A stretch of DNA of 62,519 bases, counting the filler, from Pirum gemmata (lineage: Eukaryota): NCBI GenBank assembly GCA_002812295.1. It is 11 parts of 11 records of this genome, joined end to end, with 100 filler letters (N's around TTAATTAATTAA, not from the genome) between each part and the next. Parts side by side here need not be neighbours in the genome. Positions count along the whole stretch, not along the records: positions 38,770 to 44,054 come from PDIN01000618.1; positions 44,155 to 49,440 come from PDIN01000619.1; positions 49,541 to 54,822 come from PDIN01000620.1; 8 more parts are not named here. One strand, written 5' to 3'. The position numbers were made by a program, and so were the translations under genes. The notes beneath the pieces were generated by a model that was given only the letters and a program-made list of their open reading frames with translations, made no database searches and was not told where the DNA came from. How positions within the stretch are numbered: the first letter of the stretch is position 1; every line of letters begins with the position of its first letter. Below are positions 40,464 through 52,320 of this stretch, in pieces.

Positions 40464-40528
40464 TATATATATAGCAAAAATCCGGTTATATTCGACTCGA
40501 ATATAACCGGATTTTTGCTATATATATA
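40464..40528. repeat. Perfect 32-bp-arm palindrome with 1-nt centre
   Basis: TATATATATAGCAAAAATCCGGTTATATTCGA-C-TCGAATATAACCGGATTTTTGCTATATATATA. Confidence 0.97.
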
Positions 40529-42482
40529 TACGGAACCAGATTTGGGTCTTTCGGACCTTGATCATATATAGCTAGTAAATGGCCAATACCTTTATACCAT
40601 AATTTGTAAGTTACTTCAGCCCCTATAACAAAAAAATCATCACCATTTTTTACCAACAATTAATTTACACAAAACAATATCAAACACCCAAAAAAAAAGG
40701 AGGTATCAACATGATCAATCTCATAACAAGGAGAAACGCCAGTCGTAACAAAAAATTCCAACATACAATATTAATACACAATCACAACGACTCTTGTTAG
40801 TCAACATCTTTCATCACCAACTACAACACACTTACTAACCAACAACATCAAAACTACAATCAATAATAAACACTACACAATATATTATCAATAACAAAAA
40901 CAAAATAACCTATATGGATAACCCACACGATCGACACCCTTTTGATAATTTCAAACAAAAATGCTCTAACTAGTACAGCAGATCACACTCAGAAGTACTC
41001 AGATCACCCCTTTCATTATATTTTCAATGTAACTTTTTTTTTTTTTTTTTTTTTTCCATTCACGCTATATACTTCTAACTTTTGATTCAGAATAGTCTAG
41101 TTTGAATTCAGAGTAGTCTAGCTAGCTTGATAGTGGGGTGTCATACTAGAATATCGTGTTTTTCCATACGGGGTCTACTCATTACATGATGATAAGAATA
41201 TGATAAGTTGTCCTAGCTAGTAGATAAGTCGTCAGAGCTATTTAGTTGCTGGTTATAATTATTACTTATATTATGTTCCACTTGCCACATTTATATATTA
41301 ATGTTTAATTAGGCTTTGCTTACATTAACTTTTAATTGTATAGTGATAGATAGCCATTAGATAAGGTTATTAAGGAGTGTTAGGGAGTAGCTTATAATAT
41401 ACACTTAAAATATACATAGCACAACTAACCCAAAACGGGAACCTGAGCCCAAACCCGAAAGCGAACACTCCTTAGTCTTAACCCTAACCCTAACTACTAC
41501 TACTACTACTACTAATATTACTACTACAACCACAACAGTATCAACTACTAACTACAGTTACTATTACTAATATTTTTAATATTCCTGTATTATTATTATT
41601 GTTTTAAAGTACTAATATCTCTAATAATACTATAGAATTTCATGCAAAAATTCAACCCACTATTTTTTTTTTGGAAAAGCTCGACAATTTTACTATAATT
41701 TTGTGCCTGAAATTTCATAAAAAGTAGCAAAATACGAGGACACAGTGAGGACACCTTAAATTTTGCAATTTTTTTTCTGGGGACCGAAAATTTCGGCGGC
41801 CCTCTCGTTTCCCTGATTTTAGCCTGAAATTTTTTTTTGCTGAAAGAAAAAAATTTCAGGCTTGAAATTTCAAGCCTGAATTTTTTTTTTTTAATTAAAA
41901 AAAGTTGCCGAAAAGGACTCGAAAAGGGTAACTAAACGATTACTAACATTACTACTATTTCCAATTTTCCACCCTAACTAGCACTCTAACCCTCACCCTA
42001 ATGTCAACACTGAACTCCCTGGACCTAACGCTAACCCTGGCCCTAATTATAACCTACTGCTATTATGATACTACTATCACTACTATTGTTATAACTCAGT
42101 CCACTGATATTGCTACTATTTGTACTACTATTAATATTATTACTATTATTATTGTAATATTATTAATATTAATTAACCATTGCTATGTTTTATATAATAT
42201 TACTCCTTACCCTACTACTATTGTTATCGTATATGTAAATTTCAGTTATCTAATACTATTATTACAACTGGAGCAAAAGGATAATATACTATATGATAAA
42301 ATATCATTGTTATATTAAATATTTTTAGCTTTGTTTTATTATATAATATTAAATCTGATAATGATATTGATAATGATATTGATAATAATATGAATAGTAT
42401 CAATAGTATCAATAGTATGAATAGTATCAATAGTATCAATAGTATCAATAGTATCAATAGTATCAATAGTATAAATAGTGTC

Positions 42483-42522
<40 letters not shown>

Positions 42523-43165
42523 GCGTAGATAGTGCACCTATAATTTTGAACTTTTATTATCTATATAGCTAGCTAGCTAAGGATGAATATGAAACTAATA
42601 TGAATGACATGATGTCTCTTTATTAACCCACCGCCGAAAACTGGCCGGCAACTGCTCCTTTGGAACTGTTACATAGGGAGAATTTCACGTAACGCGATTT
42701 TTTTTTTTCGGCATTGAAGGTGCTCGATTTTCAAAGGGAGCTTTTATATAATTTTAGTAATTTTATAACCAATTTAAGTATTAGAAGAGTTCAAACTGCA
42801 AACAGTGTTCTAACTTCTAAGTTCTAACTCTAAAAGACTTAGTAAAAAAAGTACGAAGTTGTTTTTTATTATTATACTAATAATATTATTATCATAATAT
42901 AAAATATTAGTTAAAAGATTATTATTATTGTTACAGTATTAATATTGCTACATGTTATTATTATCGTAGCTATAACTGTATAGGCTATTAATTAATTTTA
43001 TTATTATTGATTATAATATATTATATTATTATTCCTATAGAACTAACTACATATTAATTAATATTAATATCGATACCATTATTATTATTATTAATATTAT
43101 TATCGTAGGCTTTTGAAGTTGCTATTGACTATTATCAATTTTTATATATAATATATATATATATA

Positions 43166-43245
43166 TATAAACGTTTTTTTAAGACAACTGGCATTCTTAC
43201 CAAAATCTATAAATAAGAATGCAAGTTGTCTTAAAAGCGTTTATA
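43166..43245. mobile_element. 80-bp hairpin mini-element adjoining a (TA)n run
   Basis: TATAAACGTTTTTTTAAGACAACTGGCATTCTTA ... TAAGAATGCAAGTTGTCTTAAAAGCGTTTATA. Confidence 0.65.
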
Positions 43246-43890
43246 ATAGCTTGTATGATTTATAGAACTAAATAAATATATACATAAGCATAATATCAAT
43301 TGTGTTATTATTATATATATTATATATATTATATATTATCAATTAAATCATAATTAGTATCAATATTAATATTGCTTTCCAGTTCATTTTCTATCGCTAC
43401 ATCTTTTCATTAATATATTATCACTATTATATTGATATTATTGTCATCATCATCATCATTGATCTCTTTCCATTGTAATTATCGTCACTCATCCTAAGTC
43501 TAATCCTAATCATCACCTTATTAATGAAAATTATAATATATGTAATATTAATATATATATTAATACATTATCTTTTATATCACTAAAATTTCTAATTGGT
43601 GAAGCTCTTGCTGAATATCGAGATGCATTTGGGTTTGCAGAATTTGCTGAATAGTCGTCGTACATATATCGTTATGGAGCGATTACAGTGATATTACTAT
43701 CATTATAATTATATTAATTAAAACATCATCTTTATATATAATAAATTATCGTTATAAGTTGTTTTAACTAGTTTATTAACTGTAGAAGCGGAAACTGATA
43801 TGATAGAATCTGATAGACCCTCTTTCTAATAAGCTATTAGTACCAATATAGCTATGATAATTATGATGATATTATGATTATGATATCATC

Positions 43891-43929
43891 CAAGGACTTC
43901 AAAAAAAGGTTCTTTTTTTGAAGTCCTTG
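43891..43929. mobile_element. 39-bp hairpin element with 7-bp target-site duplication
   Basis: TATCATC|CAAGGACTTCAAAAAAAG-GTT-CTTTTTTTGAAGTCCTTG|TATCATC. Confidence 0.75.
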
Positions 43930-45190
43930 TATCATCTGATGGTATCATAGTCTAGCTAGCTAGCTACTAGCTAGACTAGCTGGTAGCTAGAAAAATAAAT
44001 AATAAAAAAAGCGCGATTTTTTTTTTTTTTTGGAATTTTTGCAGAAGCTTTTTTNNNNNNNNNNNNNNNNNNNNNNNNNNNNNNNNNNNNNNNNNNNNTT
44101 AATTAATTAANNNNNNNNNNNNNNNNNNNNNNNNNNNNNNNNNNNNNNNNNNNNAATCTGGAAATTGACTATGTAATTGTAAACGTCACAAGTTCGAAAA
44201 AAATCGATCTCATTTTTTTTTTAGTCTATTTATTTATTAGTAACTCGATTTTTTTTTTTTTTTTTTTTTTACATGACCTAAATTCAAGTATGGTTAATTA
44301 ATAGTCTATATAGAATAATAAATTGTAATAATACAGACAGTGTGATACTATCTATATATAGTCTACCTGCTGTTTTCAGAAAGCGTTTGATATAGAACTG
44401 GTGAATTCAAATAATTCAAATAAAGAAATTAACTGGGGAATTTTAAATAAAGAAAATAACTTTTGAATTAAAATAAAGAAATTAACTGGTGAATTCAAAT
44501 AAAGAATTTTAAGTTTCGAAGAGAACGTAGCAAAATTACGGATTACTACACCTTGTGGTTATTTTTGATTGTTTTGTTCTTATCAGTTGAAAACAAGTTT
44601 CATGTCGGTGGTTGATACTTTGGTTAAATAAAATTTTATGGAATATGAAAAAAACGTACACTCTGCTTTTCCCCCAGGGATCAACACCTCTACAAAGTTC
44701 TAAGACTGCAGGGCAATTTTTAAGTATTTCTTGGTGTTTTCTTATATATATATATATATTACTTCTTTTTCTATTTTGTTTTGTTTTGTTTACTTTATTT
44801 ATTTATTATTAAAAATTAATATTTCTTTCTTTCTTTCTTTATTTTTTATTTATTTTTTATTTTTTTTGTTTTCTTCTTCTTCAACTACTACTTCTTCTAT
44901 TCTATTCTATTCTATTTTACTTTACTTTACTTTACTTTACTTTGCTTACTTTGCTTTGCTTTGCTTTGCTTTGCTTTGCTTTACTTTATTTATTTCATTT
45001 TATTTATTTATTATTATTATTACTATTATTATTGTTATTATCCTCCCCACCTCTTCCTGCCATTTTGTTCCATTTTTAGCAACTTAAAGTTACTTACTTA
45101 GCTTTGGTGTGGTCCTTACCAATTATTAAAATCTGGTTTGTTTAATTATTCGTTTAATACCTTTCTGTACCTTTCTGTCTTTTTAATCAG

Positions 45191-47623
45191 TGGCCTCATT
45201 GAATTCAGGGATTTTTTTTTCTGTGGTTAACCAAAACCGTTGTTATGTTAGCAAAAAAGAACCGAAAGAAACAGCTGTAGACGAAGAAGAAGAAGTCGCC
45301 TTGAAAAATGCTAAAGAAAAGAACAAAACAGAACATGACAGATTGTTAGTCTCCTTATCTCTTTATTCTTCAACTAAGGCTTGGTGTTTAATTCTTTTGT
45401 CTACCCAACGTATCCTCATTCTGAATTACCATCCTCCATTGCATTCCCAACTCCTTTTGGTGCCTTTATTCATTTACTTAATTATTCTATTTTCCTGTTA
45501 TCTGTTTTTGTAGCATAACAAATTTTATGTTAGCTCTAATTTTCTTTCTCTAAAAAAACAACCTTCGTTTTCCTGCTCTATATTGGCTGTTTAAATATTC
45601 GTTGTTTCTAAATAATTAATAAATACAATTTAGACGCTATGAATTGAAACGTGGATATTTTGGAGATTTTAACGGTATTTTTTTATTTACTTATTCATTA
45701 CTATTACTATTATTTTTACAGCTGTAACCAAATAAATATGCACTTTCTTTTTGATTGTTTGTCATCATAGTCGATACTTGTTTTTGCCTGTTTTATTTTT
45801 TCTAATTATATCTAAGGCGGAAGTTACTAAATTGCTTTTATTTTACACTACCCCAATCGCTCTTTTACTAACGTTAATATTAAATTTACCATAAAAAAAA
45901 TTAAGAAATGCAACGTACTAAAGGGAAAATATTTGCTTCTTCAGATGAATTAAGTGCAGTATCGGTTGGTAATTTTTATATTGTATTTTCAAAGATTTAT
46001 TCTATAAATTATACTTGTATTAGACTGTTTTATTTTAAGTTATAAATTTTATTTTGGTTTGTAGATATATACGGCTCAGGCCTATGATTAGGCCTGTGTT
46101 TATAAGTTCAGGCTCAACTTAGGTTATGGAATTGTAATTCTTTCATGTTTTTAGTTAATCTCGTACATTGTTTTGTTGTCATATAGCGTTAAGGGTAAGC
46201 CATACGATCTATATTAATGTAGTTAAAAACCTTTGTGCTAATTCAATTTTAAAATGTTATCTAGGAATCACCCATATTTCCTGTTGTTTTGACAAAATCA
46301 GTTACAAGTGATCCTATCGGATTTCCTCATGATTTTAAAGAAAAATGCAGCTTGGTGTCTTTTATAGGATCCGAAAGTTCCCGTGTAAGTTTTTGTCCGT
46401 TTCCAATTGTAACATTGTTTATACGGTTTACAGTCAAAACAGTCAAACAAAAACTCGATTTTTAATCCGAGCTAAGTTTGAAATTCTAAGTTTGAAATAG
46501 TAGATTTAACAGTTTTGACAGACATATGCATATGCTATTTAGGGTTAGAGTTAGGGTTAGGGTTAGACATAAATTAAAACATAACATTTTTGAATAGATA
46601 TTTAAGAATGTAATAATCCAATTTTATGCTATTTATATTGAGTGTGTGTTTCTAGTAGTGATTTCGATTTTAACAGTTTCAAACTTCTACTTGTTAGTTT
46701 TTTGCATGTGTTTTCATAATTTACTAAACAACCGGATTGTTTCACTTTTTTAGGCTTTTGGTAAATCATTCTCAGATCCGTTTTGGGAAAAGTATTGCAA
46801 TGATAAAGATGTCCAATTGTATGAGGTTTTATTTATTTATTTTTTACTATGTTTATAAATTTTGTACATTTCTTTTATATATTTATAGCAAACCAGTGTT
46901 TCTCTTCTAACTTTTTACATTTTTATTGTTTGAGTAATCGATATACATGTCGCTCTACTAATTTAGTCAAATTAAATTGGATGTTACTTCAAAATTTTGG
47001 AAATTTTGGAATGTGAAAAGAATTTAATAATTTAATATGTCTAATATTTAATTGGTATTATTTTTGTGATTATTGATTGATTCCTCACTGAAATTTAGTT
47101 TACTGTTTTGCACAAATATTGGAAGTTTTTGGCCAGACTAATGGGTTACATTAACAGTAGAATGGAGCAGTCACCTGAAAGAAAGGTAGAGCAAATGTAT
47201 GTTTGTTGTTAATAGTAGGTTTATGGTGCATTATTTTAATTATGATTTCAAGTTTTTTTTTTTAATTTCTATTTTTTTTAAAATTTATTTTTCAAAAAAT
47301 TGTATTTATTGATTTGTTGCACAATCGTCTTTATGAACACAAAATTCCACAATATACAAATATAGAAGAAATTAATAGTCCAGGGAGCCGGTAAATTACC
47401 AGAAATACTTAAATGGCCAAACAGAATAGCAAACTATCACTATCTAATAGACAGTAAAGGGAGAATACGCTGGAAAGCAACCGGCCAGGCAAGTGAGACA
47501 GAATTAAAAAATCTTTTTTCGTTTGTTGACCAGCTAACTCTTAAATTGAAAACAAAGAAGACCGGTTCTTCAAAAAAAAAAAACTGGAAAGCTAACGCTA
47601 CAGCAAAAGGCCACACAATTTAG
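45191..47623 (+). CDS. ATP10: Mitochondrial F1Fo-ATP synthase assembly factor ATP10 (multi-exon)
   Basis: Phase-consistent exons 45191-45344, 45634-45674, 45906-45964 (or 45958), 46265-46384, 46754-46825, 47099-47185 and 47366-47623 give EHDRLRYELKRGYFGDFNEMQRTKGKIF...PIFP...EKCSLVSF...DPFWEKY...VQLYE...NRIANYHYLIDSKGRIRWKATGQASETEL. A tentative first exon is 44645-44723. Confidence 0.85.
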
Positions 47624-48112
47624 AAAGTAGGTGCTGTTTATATCTCTTGAATGAATTCAAAACGAGAGCGCGTGTGGATAGAAGTAAAATACTAAATATC
47701 AATTATTGATACTGGGCATTTAGAAAGAAACTTGCCTGCCACACATCCCCCCCCNNNNNNNNNNNNNNNNNNNNNNNNNNNNNNNNNNNNNNNNNNNNNN
47801 GCAAGTGAGGGAAAATACAAAATGCCCTGCAAAATGGGCTACAGAATGCAATGTGATCTATAAATAGTTTGTAAGGCTAATACCTAAAAGTAAAATAGTG
47901 CTTTGAAAAGATTCTACTAATTTTTTTCATACATTGGCCTAATTTATCTACATTGTATTTATTTTATGCAGTATTTCGTTTCACTATTACTAGAAACAAT
48001 GCCAGAATATGATAACAATTAATCAATTTAAAATTTGAAATATAATTTGGGGTATAGATTCCATTCGTGGATCAATACAATAATAACCTTAAATGTTATT
48101 TGATTTTTTAAA

Positions 48113-49407
48113 TTAGTCTAAAGTCCACATCCCCATAGCATCCCCGAATATACCACTGGGCACTTTGTATTCAAGCGGAACAGATTGTACTTTGCGATTT
48201 ATTTCTTCATCAAAAAGCTAAAATATAATGAAAATAATAATAAGCAAATGAGAAGAGATACTATTTTTTAGAAAGAAACAGGAGAAGGGTGTAGATGTGC
48301 ACCACTCTGATCACTTTTAATTAAATTATATAGATATTTCTAATTATATTATATACATATTTTAATGTTGATTAAATGAGGAAATGGGATGTAGGTACTA
48401 TTTATACATTTTAAAATGATTTTAAAAATAATAAAGAATTTAATAATAATTACCGTCATATAATCTTGCCCTAAAAAGTCCTGAATATTATAATCTTTTT
48501 TAGAAAAAACGTCTTTATAAACATTACTAAATTTAGACAAGCTAGGGACATAATGTTCCGTTAAGATATCCAATTCCCAAAGACTGCTATCAATTGCCTT
48601 ACATAACGCCGGGTCCTCCTCTTCCGGAACGAAACAATCTTCTCCTTTACAATTAACACGATGGATCATTGGCATAGTATTTGGATGTCGTCGAAGTAAG
48701 TTATGTATAAATGGTAATATAAAGGCGAGTCCAGACGGAGGAACTCTTAACCCAATGCGACATGTTCGTTTAATAAATGCAGCAACTAAATAAGCGGGTA
48801 TCAAGCTAAAATAATAAGGAAAATTTAAACAAAAAATAGATTCAATAACTCAAACCCAATTAAAAAAATTTGAAAAGCAAGAAATTAAATAGCAAGAAAA
48901 AAGATAAAAAATGAAAACGCATACATAAAAACATGAAACTTACGGAGAATCTAGGCATTTGTCGACAAGTTGTAAAAAACGATCTCGGTACTTAACAAAA
49001 AAAATTTGATGGTCAAGCAATCGGTAAAGTTTCTTGTAAAATTCAGGGTAATCTCTGGTTATAGCAAAAAAAGAAAACGTTTTAAAAAAATTAAAAGCGA
49101 AAATGGATGAAAAATAAAACAAACAAAAAACAAAAAACAAAAAACAAAAAAACAAAAAAACAAAAACAAAAACAAAACCCAAAAAACCCAAAAACCAAAA
49201 AACCCAAAAACCAAAAAACCAAAAAAACAAAAAACCAAAAAAATATTATGTATACAACACTGTGGAAGCATAGCAGTGCTACACAGCAGACAAAACACAC
49301 AACAATAAATACAATATCCCACACCACATTATCAAAATTAACTTACAAATCATATTTTGTGATCAGAGTAAAGACACCACTTAAAGAGAGCACACTTATA
49401 ACACCAC
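48113..49407 (-). CDS. NOC4: Nucleolar complex protein 4 (CBF/Mak21 domain), 3' four exons
   Basis: Exons 49407-49347, 49054-48944, 48805-48454 and 48217-48113 are phase-consistent: GGVISVLSLSGVFTLITKYDLDYPEFYKKLY...IPAYLVAAFIKR...NLLRRHP...AIDSSLWEL..L..HY.P. Confidence 0.93.
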
Positions 49408-49540
49408 CTATATATATTCAGAATGATAAAATACAAAAATNNNNNNNNNNNNNNNNNNNNNNNNNNNNNNNNNNNNNNNNNNNNTTAATTAATTAANNNN
49501 NNNNNNNNNNNNNNNNNNNNNNNNNNNNNNNNNNNNNNNN

Positions 49541-49801
49541 TAGTGTACTCCATCGTTTTAGTGTTGTAATACTTTCTACTAGTAGCTAGCTATATCTTAC
49601 TAGCTATTATTATTACCAAACATGGTACCAACACTTACCAACAATAGCAAATAGAACCTGGCAGCTTGGTCTCCTGGTCCTGAGTATAATTTTTTATTGG
49701 TTTATTGGTAGTGTACTCCGTTGTTTTAGTGTTGTAATACTTTCTATTAGTAGCTAGCTATATCTTACTAGCTCTTATTATTACCAAACATGGTACCAAC
49801 A
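49541..49801 (+). repeat. Direct duplication of ~90 bp
   Basis: TAGTGTACTCC...CCAAACATGGTACCAACA at 49541 and ~49709. Confidence 0.85.
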
Positions 49802-50128
49802 ATAGCCTAAATACTAAAAAACAGAAGTCTACACTCTACAGTCTGCCAGTCGTACCAGATCTACCTAAACCACTAAGACACTACAACCAATAGAATCTAT
49901 TACTATTACAGCAAATTTACAGGTAGACTGACTGAGGTAGTGTACTGTGTCAGTACTGTGTAGTGCAAAATTGCAAACAGGAGCAAATAGAACGTGGCCA
50001 TCATTGTATCAGAAAGCATAAAAAAACAACCCCCCACAAAATATTTTATAATAAAACATTATGTATATAAAGAGTAATAATGTAGTATCTCTAATATTGA
50101 AAAACAAAAACAAAAAACAAAAACAAAC

Positions 50129-50167
<39 letters not shown>

Positions 50168-50201
50168 GAGAAATCTGATAATAACAAAAAAAGCAAAAAA
50201 G

Positions 50202-51845
50202 ATGAAATTTTACGTTGCAGCAATAACCCCCTTAATTTTTGCTAACTTAATTCACGGTAATCCATCTTATCCAAACAAAATTCCTAACGGTAAAGGTCGC
50301 CCTTTAGGACATCAAAATGGCGGAGGTAGCGCTAAAACTCAATTTGCTTATGATTTTATTGATGCAGGATACAAATGGTCTAAAGAATTTTGCAATAAAG
50401 ATTCCGATGGCGATGGAATTACAAATGGTGAAGAATTAGGAGATAAAGATTGTTCGTGGACAGAAGGCCAACCAGATCCAGAATCGAAAAACCTAACTGA
50501 TCCTTCTGTTAATAATAACGATGGTACTTTTGGATTACCTTCTACTAATCTTACACCTCCAGAACAAGAAAGACTAGAACGCGGATGTCCACAAGAATTT
50601 AAATATGAGGGTATTAGTTTTTTCAACATAAGTTTGGAAAAAGATTTTAAAATCCCAGAAAAAGAAACCACGTACATATTTAAAATTTTCGATACTGCGG
50701 AGGTATTGGGAGGAGAAGATTTATTTCACATGACATCCAGTGAACAATTTAATGATAAAACAGAATACCTACACCATTATGTAATATATATGTGTCCTAG
50801 CACGTATCTCCCTTTTGTGAATTGGGAAATAGAGAGTTTAAATGTAACAGATTGCATGTTCCTTACTGGCGTACAAACTGGTCAGAAAAAATTTTGCGCA
50901 CCAGAAAATGGTGTCACCCTCATCGATCCAAAGAAATTTCCTGTGTTGGCTTTAGAAGTCCATTTTAACAATCCAAGCAACACTCCAAACATAACAGATA
51001 ACAGTTATTTCCAAATTGGGGTGTCACCAAAAAATAAAGCTTCTGAATTTAAAATCTGGCCAAAGGCTGCGGCTCGTTCTCCTTCAGTGCAAAATAAAGC
51101 AATTTTAGAACAATATCGTAAGGAACATGAAGAAGATTATAAAAATCCTAATATAACAGAAAAGTTAACCTTAATGACGAAAGAACAGAGTGAAAATTAC
51201 TATAAAGGAGGAAGTACTTTTGAGATTCTACCAAATACTACCGTTGAGCATGTGCTTAGCTTTAGAGTACCAAAAATGATACAATCTCTTATCCCTCCCG
51301 AAGGCATTTCTTTGTTTTCTACATCTAACCATGGCCATGGTGCTTTAAAAAAGTCTTGGACGACTGTCACAACAAATAGTACTGGAGATCGAAAAATGGC
51401 AAACTGTTATGATGAATACCATTATTTAACACCTTATCAGTTTATTTACCCGGAAAATGAAATTACTATCCATGCTGATACTATTCTTACTCAGCATTGT
51501 GTATTTAAAAATACACGTAATACAACCATTGTTGATGGCCCTTCTACTTCTAATGAAATGTGTCAATTTTTTGGAGCTTTTCATCTTTCTGAAGGCTTTA
51601 ATTTCCCTGGTTTTTTATTTGAATTAATAGAACTTGAAGACGGTAAAAAATGGAAAAATTTTGATTATTCGAAATCACTTAGATTTGAACCTGATAAAGA
51701 TTTGAAGTGTAATGGGGATGTTGAAAAACAACTTCAAGAACAATTTAGCGTATTTAAAAATGCCAATAACAGCCCTAAAAAGAGCCCTAAAAAGAGCCCT
51801 AAAAAGAGCCCTAAAAAGAGCNTCATGTCATCAATAATATTTTAA
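50202..51845 (+). CDS. Secreted copper type II ascorbate-dependent monooxygenase (DBH/PHM/MOXD family) with N-terminal temptin-like domain
   Basis: The likely start is MKFYVAAITPLIFANLIHG (signal peptide). Temptin-like segment KIPNG...GH...FAYDF...W...FCNKDSDGDGITNGEELGD.DC.W. Copper ligands LHHY, EVHF, NHGH and NEMC. The C-terminus is uncertain because of the n at 51822. Confidence 0.9.
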   Translation: MKFYVAAITPLIFANLIHGNPSYPNKIPNGKGRPLGHQNGGGSAKTQFAYDFIDAGYKWSKEFCNKDSDGDGITNGEELGDKDCSWTEGQPDPESKNLTDPSVNNNDGTFGLPSTNLTPPEQERLERGCPQEFKYEGISFFNISLEKDFKIPEKETTYIFKIFDTAEVLGGEDLFHMTSSEQFNDKTEYLHHYVIYMCPSTYLPFVNWEIESLNVTDCMFLTGVQTGQKKFCAPENGVTLIDPKKFPVLALEVHFNNPSNTPNITDNSYFQIGVSPKNKASEFKIWPKAAARSPSVQNKAILEQYRKEHEEDYKNPNITEKLTLMTKEQSENYYKGGSTFEILPNTTVEHVLSFRVPKMIQSLIPPEGISLFSTSNHGHGALKKSWTTVTTNSTGDRKMANCYDEYHYLTPYQFIYPENEITIHADTILTQHCVFKNTRNTTIVDGPSTSNEMCQFFGAFHLSEGFNFPGFLFELIELEDGKKWKNFDYSKSLRFEPDKDLKCNGDVEKQLQEQFSVFKNANNSPKKSPKKSPKKSPKKSXMSSIIF

Positions 51846-52293
51846 TTATTTCATTCATAATAGCTCATATGTGTAATTAATTTTAAAAGGTATATTATTA
51901 ATTGCGATTAAATAAAAAGTACAGTTTATTGATTTTTTTGAGATAATTTTAATTAAAGATTGAAAATAAAATTTTTATATATTTTGTATAATTGGAAAAT
52001 AAATAAGCATGGATTTTTTATATTATTTATTAATTACCTTTTGTGTTTAGAAATCATTTATTTATTATTCCATCAAAAAAATGAAGCTTGATCAAATTTA
52101 TTTCTTCCATTATTTTTTCTATTTTTTTAAAATATTTTTATTTATGTATTTTTTTTTATATATATATAAAGAAGAGTTTTTCAAAATATTTCCCTTTTAT
52201 TTCTTTTAATTTGAGATAATTATCGCGATCGCAAGTCTGTAACTATCCATGTCGCTTTACATATTTAAAGTATTCATTATAAAATTCTTGTTT

Positions 52294-52320
52294 GAGCAAG
52301 CGGAGCTTGCGAGACACTAA
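52294..52320 (+). mobile_element. Possible Helitron 3' terminus
   Basis: GC-rich hairpin GCAAGC-GGA-GCTTGC a few bases before CTAA (CTRR). The next base is A rather than the usual T. Confidence 0.3.

Noticed and set aside
50061..50201. N-terminal extension of the monooxygenase ORF
   Set aside because: It runs through A-rich and ATA repeats. The ATG at 50202 gives a clean signal peptide.
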